Notes: generated from the letters alone by a model not told the origin. Numbered from the stretch's first letter, positions 9,873-19,121 are shown. The stretch is 32,000 nt of DNA from an uncultured Clostridia bacterium (GCA_963558185.1 CAUWFE010000010.1:19264-51263), one strand, 5' to 3'. Made by a program: numbers and translations.

Positions 9873-10424
9873 ATCAAAAAGAATTTTAATTCTGTACAAG
9901 AATGGCTGCCATATGAAAAGTTTTTTGAAGATGGAATAATACAATTAAAAGATAATTCATATATTAAAATATTAAAAATTATTCCAATTAATTTTAATTT
10001 AAAAACAGAATTAGAAAAGCAGGCAATTTTAAATTCGTATAAAATATTTTTTAAAACATGTAATTTTAACTTTCAAGTAATTATTCAAAGTAGTAAAGAA
10101 GATTTAAGTACTCATATTTCTTATATTGAAAAAAGAAATGATACTGAAAAAATTAAAACTATTTCTCAAAATTATATTCAATATATAAAACAATTAAACC
10201 AAAATAAAAAATCTTCAAATAAAAAATTTTATATAGTGTTAAAAAAATCAAATGAAAACAAAATTCCAAAAATATTAATAGAAGAATTAAATGAAGAATA
10301 TTTTAAAATAAAAGAATGCTTAGCAAGATGTGGAAATATTGTACAAGATATTTCAAATAAACAACAGGCAAAAGATGTAATATTCTCATTTTTAAATAAA
10401 AGGATTTATATAGAAAAATATTAA
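9873..10424 (+). CDS. Free-standing homologue of the N-terminal module of Gram-positive VirB4 ATPases (Tn916 Orf16 / ConE type); no canonical start codon
   Basis: Frame is open from 9843 to 10424, but the first ATG/GTG/TTG is at 10236. GGAG (9861..9864) is followed 8 nt later by in-frame ATC at 9873. Translation ..VQEWLPYEKFFEDGIIQLKDNSYIKILKIIPINFNLKTELEKQAILNSYKIFFKTCNFNFQVIIQSSKEDL.. resembles the first ~180 aa of Orf16-type VirB4 proteins (from memory). Confidence 0.5.
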   Translation: MKKNFNSVQEWLPYEKFFEDGIIQLKDNSYIKILKIIPINFNLKTELEKQAILNSYKIFFKTCNFNFQVIIQSSKEDLSTHISYIEKRNDTEKIKTISQNYIQYIKQLNQNKKSSNKKFYIVLKKSNENKIPKILIEELNEEYFKIKECLARCGNIVQDISNKQQAKDVIFSFLNKRIYIEKY

Positions 10425-10438
10425 TAATAAAAGGAGGA

Positions 10439-12233
10439 ATGAATATTCAAAAGGATAATTTAAAAAATAAATTACAGGGAATTTTCACGGCAAAAGATGA
10501 AATTAGTCCAAGTTATATTCAAACAACAAATCCAAAATACATAGAAATTGATGGAATTTATTATTCTACATTACTTATAGTAAATTATTATAGAGAACAA
10601 GAAGAACTTTTGTTAAAAACTTTAATAGATAGTAATATAAATATTAATATATCAATATTTTATGAAAAACAAGATTCATATAAAGTAATAAAAGATTTAA
10701 CATATCATATAGGTAATGTAGGAGTAGAAATAAAAGGAAAAAATGAAAATAGAGAAGATATTGAAATAGCTTCATTTACATATCATGATGCAAAATATAT
10801 AAGAAAAGAAATACAAGTAAATAATGAAGAATTATATTATTTATATATTTATATTACAACATATTCAGAACAAGAAAAAGAATTAGAATATTTATTAAAT
10901 AAAATAGAAGGAATATTACAAAGTAAAGGTATGCAAATAAGAAGAGCATATTTTAGGCAAGAACAAGCGCTATTAAGTAATTTACCTCTTATGGAAAATC
11001 AAAAAGATGTAAAAGAAGTATCAAAAAGAAATGTACTAACATCTAGTTTAATATGTACTTATCCATTTATTTCTTCTGCTATATTTGACGAAAAAGGAAT
11101 TTTTATAGGAACTAATATTTATAATAATTCATTAGTTTTTATAGATAGATATGATAAAAATAAATATAAAAATGCTAATATGTGTATATTTGGAACGAGT
11201 GGAGCACGGAAAATCATTTTATATAAAATTATTAGCTTTGCGTTATAGAATACTTGGAGTGGAACAATATATTATAGATCCAGACAGAGAATATACCAAA
11301 CTATGTAAAGAGGTAGAAGGAACTTTATTAAAAATGGGACCAAGCTCAAATACATATATAAATGTATTTGATATAAGAGAAGAAAGTTTGGAAGAAGGAC
11401 AAAATGGATATTTAGCAACTAAAATTGGAAAATTAATTGGATTTTTTAATCTTATATTTGGAAATATAAATGAAGAAGAAAAAGCAATATTAGAAGAAAA
11501 AATAATAGAATTATATAATAGAAAAGGAATAACATTTCAAGATGAATCTTTATATCAAAAAACAGATAAAATATCTATAAAACCAATATTTAAAGAAAGT
11601 AAACATATGCCAATTTTACAAGAATTTTATGAATTACTAGGAGAAGATACAAGAACAATAACAATGCAAACAAAATTAATTCCATTTGTAAAAGGTTCAT
11701 TAAAATTTTTAAATAATTATACAAATGTAGAATTAAAAAATCTATTTATTGTAGCAGATGTATATGAATTAGGTGAAGAAAATTTAAAATATGGAATGTA
11801 TATATTTACAGAACTATTTTGGGATAAAATAAAAAAAGATAGAAATATCAAAAAAGCAATATACTTAGACGAAATATGGAGACTTATAGGAATAACCTCT
11901 AATAAGGAAGTAGCAAGTTTTATATATAGAATATTTAAAACAATTAGAAAATATGGAGGAAGTGGAGTAGCTATCACGCAAGATGTATCAGACTTATTTA
12001 GTTTAGAAAATGGAACATATGGAAAGAGTATACTTAATAATTCAGAGATAAAAACATTTTTTTCACTAGAAGAAGAAAATATACAATTATTATCAAAGTA
12101 CACAAAATTATCAGAAAAAGAAAAAATAGAAATGAAATCGTTAAAAAGAGGAGAATGTATAATGTTTGTAGGAAATGACCATATATTAACAAAAATAGAA
12201 AGTTCAGAAGAAGAAAAAAAGTTAGTAGAATGA
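10439..12233 (+). pseudogene. VirB4/TrsE (CagE-TrbE-VirB family) type IV secretion ATPase, reading frame broken by a 1-nt insertion inside Walker A
   Basis: ORF 10439..11248 ends ..CIFGTSGARKII.. and ORF 11151..12233 contains ..HGKSFYIKLLALRY... Deleting C11207 gives GTSGAGKSF. Downstream motifs IIDPDREY, AIYLDEIWRLIG and GVAITQDVSDL are present. Confidence 0.8.
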
Positions 12234-12252
12234 AAGAAAGGAAAAAATAAAA

Positions 12253-13434
12253 ATGATAAAAATAGTTACAGCTTTAGGAAACCCACAAATAAATGAATTA
12301 CTGAGAAAAGAAAAAGAATTAGAAATAATAGCACCAGATATTCAATATCAAGAAGGAATATTTGAAATATTAAATGAAAACAAAAATATTGAAAAAATAT
12401 TAATAAGTGAATTATTACCAGGAGAAAATACTTTACAAGAAATAATAAAAAAAATAAAAGAAAAAAATAATAAAATAGAAATAATAATTTTTTTAGAAAA
12501 AGAAAATAAATATTTAGAAAATGAAATAAAAAATTTAGGAATAAAAAAAATAATTTATAATAATCAAATGTCTATAAAAGAAATAATTAAATTATTAATT
12601 CAAAATGAAGAAAATATAGAAGAACTAAAAAGAGAAATTCAAAATCTTAAAAAAATATTAGAACAAAATAATATACAAAGCCAAAATAAAAAACAAGAAA
12701 TAGAAGAAGAAAAAAATATTAACAATAAAAATTATATTATATCGATACTAGGAACAGGTGGAGTAGGAAAAAGTATAGTTACAATTCAATTAGCAAATAT
12801 ATTAAAAATAAAAAATAAAAAAATATTAATAATAGATTTTGATATTTTAAATAATAGTTTACACACAATGTTAGGTGTACAAAAATATACAAAAAAAGTA
12901 CAAAAAATATTAAAGGAAAATGATATTATTTCCTCTCAAATTCAAATCAAAGATTTAATTATTAAAATAAATTCATCAATAGATTTAATTTCTGGAATTA
13001 ATTTAATGTTCGATAGTAAATATAAAATAAGTAGTGAAAAAATTTATAGTATAATACAAGAAATTAAAAAATATTATGACTATATATTAATAGATACATC
13101 TTCAGAATGTTTCTTTGATTATACAAAAAATATTATAGAAAATAGCACTAAAAATATATTTATTATAGAATCAAATTTATCTGAAATAAAAAAATCAAAA
13201 AATATATTAAATATGTATACAAAACAATGGAAAATAAAAAAAGAGAAAATTAAAATTTTAATTAATAAATATAATGAAAATTCAATAGAAGAAAATATTA
13301 TAAAAAATATATTTTCAGAATATTCAATAATAGGAAAAATAACAATGAGTAATAAATATAATCAATATATAAATGAAAATTTTAAAAATATTGATAAAAT
13401 AATAGAAAAAGAATATAAAAAAATAAAAATATAA
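12253..13434 (+). CDS. TadZ/CpaE-like protein: atypical receiver-like N-domain, coiled-coil linker, ParA/MinD-type ATPase
   Basis: 393 aa. N-terminal ~120 aa has an alternating beta/alpha receiver-like pattern without the acidic pocket. ISILGTGGVGKSIVTIQLANIL is a deviant Walker A, followed by ILIIDFD and YILIDTS. Extremely Lys/Ile/Asn/Glu-rich. Confidence 0.65.
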   Translation: MIKIVTALGNPQINELLRKEKELEIIAPDIQYQEGIFEILNENKNIEKILISELLPGENTLQEIIKKIKEKNNKIEIIIFLEKENKYLENEIKNLGIKKIIYNNQMSIKEIIKLLIQNEENIEELKREIQNLKKILEQNNIQSQNKKQEIEEEKNINNKNYIISILGTGGVGKSIVTIQLANILKIKNKKILIIDFDILNNSLHTMLGVQKYTKKVQKILKENDIISSQIQIKDLIIKINSSIDLISGINLMFDSKYKISSEKIYSIIQEIKKYYDYILIDTSSECFFDYTKNIIENSTKNIFIIESNLSEIKKSKNILNMYTKQWKIKKEKIKILINKYNENSIEENIIKNIFSEYSIIGKITMSNKYNQYINENFKNIDKIIEKEYKKIKI

Positions 13435-13453
13435 AAATATAAAAGGAGAATTT

Positions 13454-14161
13454 ATGCCAGAATTAGAAAATGAAATTATACAAAAAAATTCGTTAGAAAA
13501 AGAGCAAAAAAATTTTTTCGAAACTAATATTGGAAAAATAGTAAATATTGGTTTAGATATAGGATTAAGAGCTTTATTGCCAGATATGATAGAAGAACAA
13601 ATAATAGATGTTAAAGACAGCATAATGCAAGAAGGACTAAAAGAAGGAATAAAGAAAGCAGTGGATTCAGCAGTAGACTTAGGAAAAAGTGTAGTAGGAA
13701 TTTTTACAGGAAATTTTGAAACAGTTGGACAAGCTCAAAATGCAATAAAAAATGGAGGAATTATAGATGGAATTTCAAATACATTAGATTTTGTGTTTGA
13801 AAAAGTAGGAGATACTGGGAAAATACCCAATAACATAGTAACAACAATCAAAAAAGGTAAAAATGTAATATTAGACAGTATTTCTAATAATATAGAGGAA
13901 GAATTTAATAAACAATTAGATGCAGCAGAAAAACTGCAAAAATATACAGATAATTGGAAACAATATTTTCAAAATCATAATTTTGCAGGAATGGAAAAAG
14001 AATATCAAAAAATGCAAGATAAGTTTAAAACAATAATACCATTAGAAAATACAATAAAAGAAGCAAGAACAATACAGAATTTGCATCAATTAATTAAAAA
14101 TAATAATCAAAATTTTAATTTAACAGCAGAACAACTTGAACTTGTAAAATTATTAAATTAG
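13454..14161 (+). CDS. Hypothetical helical protein, last gene of the VirB4-like operon
   Basis: 235-aa ORF with a good RBS (AAGGAG, then 6 nt, then ATG). No TM segment or signal peptide. I recognise no family (..NIGKIVNIGLDIGLRALLPDMIEEQIIDVKD..). Confidence 0.55.
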   Translation: MPELENEIIQKNSLEKEQKNFFETNIGKIVNIGLDIGLRALLPDMIEEQIIDVKDSIMQEGLKEGIKKAVDSAVDLGKSVVGIFTGNFETVGQAQNAIKNGGIIDGISNTLDFVFEKVGDTGKIPNNIVTTIKKGKNVILDSISNNIEEEFNKQLDAAEKLQKYTDNWKQYFQNHNFAGMEKEYQKMQDKFKTIIPLENTIKEARTIQNLHQLIKNNNQNFNLTAEQLELVKLLN

Positions 14162-14371
14162 TTATTTACTATTACTTTAATTAAGAAGTAATATAAATAT
14201 ATATTATTATCAAATTATTTATTATATATTTTCGTTAATTCATAAAAAAATTATATCAATATAGTAGTTTTGTTAAAAAAGTTATTATCAGGGAATAAAA
14301 ATTTTAATCAATAAAATTCAAATATTAAGAAAATATATGGTAAAAATTTAGTTCAAAATATTAAATTAAAT

Positions 14372-14415
14372 AAAGCTAAAAAACCTTAAAATCCCTAAAG
14401 TTTTTTAGCTTTTTT
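14372..14415 (+). terminator. Rho-independent terminator closing the inserted operon
   Basis: AAAGCTAAAAAAC (14372..14384) pairs perfectly with GTTTTTTAGCTTT (14400..14412), followed by TTT. Confidence 0.65.
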
Positions 14416-14417
14416 CC

Positions 14418-14446
14418 TTGCATATTTTTAATGTTTAAAGTATAAT
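14418..14446 (+). promoter_or_regulatory. Putative gyrA promoter
   Basis: TTGCAT (14418..14423), a 17-nt spacer, then TATAAT (14441..14446), about 45 nt upstream of the gyrA ATG. Confidence 0.5.
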
Positions 14447-14491
14447 ACATACATAGGAAAAAGCACAAAGGGAAAAGAAAGGATGTAAAAA

Positions 14492-16942
14492 ATGGAAGAA
14501 AATAGAGACGGAAAAATTATTGTTAGAAACATAGAAACAGAAATGAAAACAGCATATATTGATTATGCTATGAGTGTTATTGTACAGCGTGCACTTCCAG
14601 ATGTTAGAGATGGTCTTAAACCAGTACATAGAAGAATTTTATATACTATGTATGAAGATGGATTAACATCAGATAAACCATATAGAAAATCAGCAACAAC
14701 AGTTGGAGATGTGCTTGGTAGATATCATCCACATGGAGACTCTTCTGTATATGATGCAATGGTAAGAATGGCTCAAGACTTTTCACTTAGATATCCATTA
14801 ATAGATGGACATGGAAACTTTGGTTCTACTGATGGAGATGGAGCTGCTGCTTATCGTTATACAGAGGCAAGAATGTCAAAAATTGCAGAAACAATGTTGA
14901 CAGATATAGAAAAAAATACAGTAGATTTTATGCCAAACTTTGATGACAGATTACAAGAACCAACTGTCCTTCCAGCTAAAATACCAGCACTTTTAGTAAA
15001 TGGTTCATCAGGAATAGCTGTTGGAATGGCAACAAACATACCACCACATAACTTAACAGAAGTTATAAACGGAATTATAAAATTAATAGAAGAAGATAAT
15101 GTAACAGACGAAGAATTAATGGCAATAATAAAAGGACCAGATTTCCCAACAGAAGGAATGATATTAGGGAGAGAAGGAATTAAACAAGCATATACAACTG
15201 GTAGAGGAAAGATAACTGTAAGAGCGGAAGCAGAAATTGAAGAAATGAGTAATAACAAACAAAGAATTATTGTAAGTTCATTACCATATCAAGTAAATAA
15301 AGCAAAATTAATAGAAAATATAGCATCACATGTTAGGGAAAAGAAAATAGAAGGAATCTCAGAAATAAGAGATGAATCTGATAGAAAAGAAAAAGTAAGA
15401 ATTGTAATTGAATTAAAAAGAGATGCAAATGCACAAGTAGTATTAAATCAATTATATAAAAATACACAAATGCAAGATTCTTTTGGAATCATTATGTTAG
15501 CATTAGTTGATGGAGAACCAAAAGTTCTTACATTAAGACAATGTTTGCAATATTACATAGAACATAGAAAAAAAGTTATTCTTCGTAGAACAAAATTTGA
15601 ATTAGATAAAGCATTAGCAAGAGCACATATATTAGAAGGATTAAAAATAGCATTAGATAATATAGACGAAGTTATAAATATTATTCGTAGTGCATATGAT
15701 GATGCCAAAGAAAGATTAATGAAAAGATTTAATCTTTCAGAAATTCAAGCTCAAGCAATTTTAGATATGAGATTAAAAACATTATCAGGATTGCAAAGAG
15801 AAAAAATAGAAGAAGAATATGAACAATTAATGAAATTAATTGAACATTTAAGAGCAGTACTAGAAAGCGAAAAATTGGTATTTGATATAATAAAAGAAGA
15901 ACTAACAGAAATTAAAGAAAAATATGGAGATGAAAGAAAAACAAAAATTGTTGCAGCTGAAGGAGAAATAGACATAGAAGATTTAATAAAAGAAGAACAA
16001 GCAGTAGTTGCTTTAACACATTTTGGTTATATCAAAAGAATGCCAATAGATACATATAAGAGCCAAAGACGTGGAGGAAAAGGAATTACAGGTATTGCAA
16101 CAAGAGAAGAAGATTTTGTAAAACAAATTTTCACAGCATCAACTCATGATACGATATTATTCTTTAGTAATAAAGGAAAAGTATATCAATTAAGAGGATA
16201 TGAAATTCCAGAGGCAGGTAGAACAGCAAAGGGAACAGCTATAGTTAATTTATTAAGGTTAGATAATGGAGAAAAAATTTCAGCAGTTATACCAATAAAT
16301 AATTTTGCAGAAGGTAAATATTTATTAATGTGCACAAAGAATGGTTTAATTAAGAAAACATCTCTTCAAGAATATAATTCAGTAAGAAAGAGTGGATTAC
16401 TTGCAATAACACTAAAAGATGATGATGAATTAATAGAAGTAAGATTAACAGATGGAGAAGATAATATTGTACTAGTAACTAAAAAAGGTATGAGCATTAC
16501 TTTTGATGAAAAAGACGTACGTCCGATGGGAAGAACAGCACAAGGTGTAATAGGTATGAAAATAGATAATGATGATGAAATTATTGGAATGGAATCTATT
16601 ATAACAGGAAATAATGCTACATTACTTGCTATTACTGAAAATGGTTTTGGAAAAAGAACAGAACTAGAAGAATATAGAGTTCAAAATAGAGGTGGTAGAG
16701 GAGTCATTACATATAAAGTAACACCAAAAACAGGAAACTTAGTTGGAATTAAAATTACTGATGGAACAGAAGATGTAATGTTAATTACAGATACGGGAAC
16801 AATTATTAGATTAAAAGTAGAAGAAATTAGTATATTAGGAAGATCAACTCAAGGTGTTACACTAATGAGAACAAATGATGGAGGAAAAGTAGTAAGTATA
16901 GAAACGATTACTACTCAAGAGGAGGAAGAAGAAGCAGAATAG
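14492..16942 (+). CDS. gyrA: DNA gyrase subunit A
   Basis: [57 protein letters not shown] (active-site Tyr), C-terminal beta-pinwheel repeats and an acidic tail. Confidence 0.97.
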   Translation: MEENRDGKIIVRNIETEMKTAYIDYAMSVIVQRALPDVRDGLKPVHRRILYTMYEDGLTSDKPYRKSATTVGDVLGRYHPHGDSSVYDAMVRMAQDFSLRYPLIDGHGNFGSTDGDGAAAYRYTEARMSKIAETMLTDIEKNTVDFMPNFDDRLQEPTVLPAKIPALLVNGSSGIAVGMATNIPPHNLTEVINGIIKLIEEDNVTDEELMAIIKGPDFPTEGMILGREGIKQAYTTGRGKITVRAEAEIEEMSNNKQRIIVSSLPYQVNKAKLIENIASHVREKKIEGISEIRDESDRKEKVRIVIELKRDANAQVVLNQLYKNTQMQDSFGIIMLALVDGEPKVLTLRQCLQYYIEHRKKVILRRTKFELDKALARAHILEGLKIALDNIDEVINIIRSAYDDAKERLMKRFNLSEIQAQAILDMRLKTLSGLQREKIEEEYEQLMKLIEHLRAVLESEKLVFDIIKEELTEIKEKYGDERKTKIVAAEGEIDIEDLIKEEQAVVALTHFGYIKRMPIDTYKSQRRGGKGITGIATREEDFVKQIFTASTHDTILFFSNKGKVYQLRGYEIPEAGRTAKGTAIVNLLRLDNGEKISAVIPINNFAEGKYLLMCTKNGLIKKTSLQEYNSVRKSGLLAITLKDDDELIEVRLTDGEDNIVLVTKKGMSITFDEKDVRPMGRTAQGVIGMKIDNDDEIIGMESIITGNNATLLAITENGFGKRTELEEYRVQNRGGRGVITYKVTPKTGNLVGIKITDGTEDVMLITDTGTIIRLKVEEISILGRSTQGVTLMRTNDGGKVVSIETITTQEEEEEAE

Positions 16943-16976
16943 TAAATCCATTTATTTAATATATAAAAAAATTTAA

Positions 16977-17023
16977 AATAATCTCTATAGAGTATATTAT
17001 AAAAATACTTTATAGAGATTATT
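16977..17023. terminator. Bidirectional terminator between convergent gyrA and the dnaC-like gene
   Basis: AATAATCTCTATA (16977..16989) pairs perfectly with TATAGAGATTATT (17011..17023). The stem extends with GAGTA/TACTT. A/T runs on both sides. Confidence 0.65.
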
Positions 17024-17053
17024 AAATATAAAATAGAATAATTAGTATTTACA

Positions 17054-18067
17054 TTATTTATTATTAAATCTTTTTTGAAAACGTATATCTTCACCATAAA
17101 AATAACAAATGTTATAATTTCCAATTATACGAGAAACAATTCTTTCATCATAATTTGAATATAAATTTTGCAAACTTAAATTTGTAGAGATAATAGTTTT
17201 TGTAACTTTATTATTAGGATTTAATAATCTAGTATTTAAAACATTAAATAATTCAGTAAATTTCATACTATTCATAGATTCTGTTCCTAAATCATCAATA
17301 ATAAGTAAATCAACATGCAACAGATTATCATAAATATTGCTTGGAACATCTTTTTTTCCAAATCTATAATCAATAATTGTATCTAACATAACGGGAGCAG
17401 TTTGATATAAAACTGTTTTACCTCTTTTTAATAATTCATTTGCAATACAACTACTTAAAAAAGTTTTACCTAATCCAGTATTTCCTGTAAAAAGTAAATT
17501 ATTTTCATTAGGATTATCAAAATTTTCTATAAATTTGTAAGCAATTTTTTTAATATTTTCTATATTTTCTCTAGGTGACTTATCAGAATTATATTTATTT
17601 TTATCCACAATATCAGAATAATATGTGGATAAAAAGTTTTCAAATTTTTGATTTTCAAGGTTAGAAATATTACTTTTATTGTATTCTAAATTAAATAATC
17701 TTTGTTTTAAACAATTACACATACTACTATGATATCCATCTGTAACATAACCTGTATCTTTACACGTTTCGCAATCAAATTTTGGTTTTAAATCATAAAC
17801 TGTTTTTCCAATAGAAGATAAAAGAGATTCTTTTTCTTTTTTATAATTATTAATTTTTTCTTCTAATTTTTTTACCAATTCAGGATTATTATTATTAAGC
17901 ATCAATTTAGATGTATTTATAGCTTCTTTTGTCAAAGAATCATCAATTTCTTGTAAGCGAGGTATACGAGAATAAATTTCTTCTTTTCTTTTTTTAGCTT
18001 CATATACAGCATGCATACGCTTTTTTTCGTATTCAGTTAATAATTGCTTTAAAGCAGAATTTTCCAT
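17054..18067 (-). CDS. DnaC/DnaI-like replicative helicase loader (AAA+)
   Basis: Walker A GNTGLGKTF, Walker B LLIIDDLG, and a Cys cluster CETCKDTGYV...CNC before the ATPase. N-terminal YEKKRMHAVYEAKKRKEEIYSRIPRLQEID resembles clostridial loader proteins. Follows a DnaD-domain gene. Confidence 0.85.
   Translation of the reverse strand: MENSALKQLLTEYEKKRMHAVYEAKKRKEEIYSRIPRLQEIDDSLTKEAINTSKLMLNNNNPELVKKLEEKINNYKKEKESLLSSIGKTVYDLKPKFDCETCKDTGYVTDGYHSSMCNCLKQRLFNLEYNKSNISNLENQKFENFLSTYYSDIVDKNKYNSDKSPRENIENIKKIAYKFIENFDNPNENNLLFTGNTGLGKTFLSSCIANELLKRGKTVLYQTAPVMLDTIIDYRFGKKDVPSNIYDNLLHVDLLIIDDLGTESMNSMKFTELFNVLNTRLLNPNNKVTKTIISTNLSLQNLYSNYDERIVSRIIGNYNICYFYGEDIRFQKRFNNK
17601..17632. promoter_or_regulatory. 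Intragenic inverted pair of perfect DnaA boxes inside the helicase-loader gene
   Basis: TTATCCACA at 17601..17609 and TGTGGATAA at 17624..17632, with a 14-nt spacer. This is the same geometry as the dnaN-recF pair. In the gene they encode LST and VDK. Confidence 0.6.
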
Positions 18068-18076
18068 ATATGCCTC

Positions 18077-19045
18077 CTATAAATTAAAATTTGCATACAA
18101 TTGATTTAAATTATCATATTTTCTTTGGTCATAATTATTATAACCTGTTTTCTTTTCTAATTCTTTAGTATTCTGATTTTTTTGTTTTAATTCAATTAAA
18201 AATGCTTGTATGTCATTTACAGTTTTTAAATTTCTCTCATGCCAGCTAGAAATTATCTTATCTAAATAATCAAAATTAGGATTAGCTTTTGAAGTTGTTT
18301 TTTTTAGTGCAATTTCAATTATATCCATAGTGTATCCAAAATCAACAACCCACTTTTCTACATAGGCTTCCTCATATTGTGTTAAAGAACGTGAAAAACC
18401 TAATTTTTTACTAATAGACTTATAAATTTTATTTAGTTTTTCCTGTTTTTCATAATATATATCTAAATCTGTAAATGTTTTAATATTATTTTTATTCCAT
18501 GCATCTGCAACTGTTTGAATGTAATTTCTATGTAGGGCAGAACGGTTATAACAGTAGCGGAATAGAGCTATCATAACTTCTTCATCAAATCCATATTTTT
18601 TAAACCACAAATCAATATCACTATACCAAGAAGGAGACATGACACCCTGAAAAAATTCATTATTAATATTTTCAATAGCTTTTGCTCGATATTGATTTTC
18701 AGCACTTTTCTTTAAAGTATCAGCAGAAAGAGAAACTTTAGGTTTATATAATTTATGAAGTTCTACTTCTTGAAGATTGTTAATAATATATCCATTATTT
18801 TTTTTAGTTATAACACCATTTTCTTCCCAATATCTTAAGGATTCTTGAATTACAGTTAGAGGAAGTTCTAATTTTTTAGATAAATCGTTTACTTTTATAT
18901 CTTTATTATATTTTGATAAAAATATTAAATATAAATATACTTTAATAAAATCTCCACTTGCTTGTGATAAATATTCTGTAAAAAACACATCAGGCAAACT
19001 TGTAGCGGAAAATAACAAAGATATATCATTTTGTTCTAATTTCAT
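18077..19045 (-). CDS. DnaD-domain replication initiation/membrane attachment protein (DnaB/DnaD-like)
   Basis: Winged-helix-like N-part (..KLELPLTVIQESLRYWEENGVI..) and C-terminal DnaD-type repeats (..YVEKWVVDFGYTMDIIEIALKK.., ..NFDYLDKIISSWHERNLKT..). I prefer the ATG at 19045 (AGGAG 10 nt upstream) to 19072. Confidence 0.8.
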   Translation of the reverse strand: MKLEQNDISLLFSATSLPDVFFTEYLSQASGDFIKVYLYLIFLSKYNKDIKVNDLSKKLELPLTVIQESLRYWEENGVITKKNNGYIINNLQEVELHKLYKPKVSLSADTLKKSAENQYRAKAIENINNEFFQGVMSPSWYSDIDLWFKKYGFDEEVMIALFRYCYNRSALHRNYIQTVADAWNKNNIKTFTDLDIYYEKQEKLNKIYKSISKKLGFSRSLTQYEEAYVEKWVVDFGYTMDIIEIALKKTTSKANPNFDYLDKIISSWHERNLKTVNDIQAFLIELKQKNQNTKELEKKTGYNNYDQRKYDNLNQLYANFNL

Positions 19046-19081
19046 AAAACAACAACTCCTCTTACTAATCATATAAGAAAA

Positions 19082-19110
19082 ATTATATCATTTTATGTCG
19101 AAAATAACAA
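19082..19110 (-). promoter_or_regulatory. Putative promoter of the dnaD-like/dnaC-like pair
   Basis: Minus strand reads TTGTTA (19110..19105), a 17-nt spacer ending in TGA, then TATAAT (19087..19082). Confidence 0.45.
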
Positions 19111-19121
19111 CAAAATTTCTA

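Noticed and set aside
9759-9944. 61-aa minus-strand ORF overlapping the promoter and 5-prime end of the VirB4-like operon.
   Set aside because: It overlaps a palindromic terminator, a near-consensus promoter and the better-supported plus-strand ORF. Its composition is typical of spurious ORFs.
11717-12103. 128-aa minus-strand ORF within the VirB4 C-terminal half, and the 133-aa ORF 14857-15258 within gyrA.
   Set aside because: These are antisense shadows of ORFs carrying clear ATPase/gyrase motifs. There are no motifs or RBS of their own.
14726-14755. gyrA quinolone-resistance-determining region ([10 protein letters not shown]).
   Set aside because: The positions equivalent to E. coli Ser83 and Asp87 are Ser and Asp (wild-type-like). 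Ser at the Ala84 position is a common natural variant. There is no evidence of a resistance mutation.
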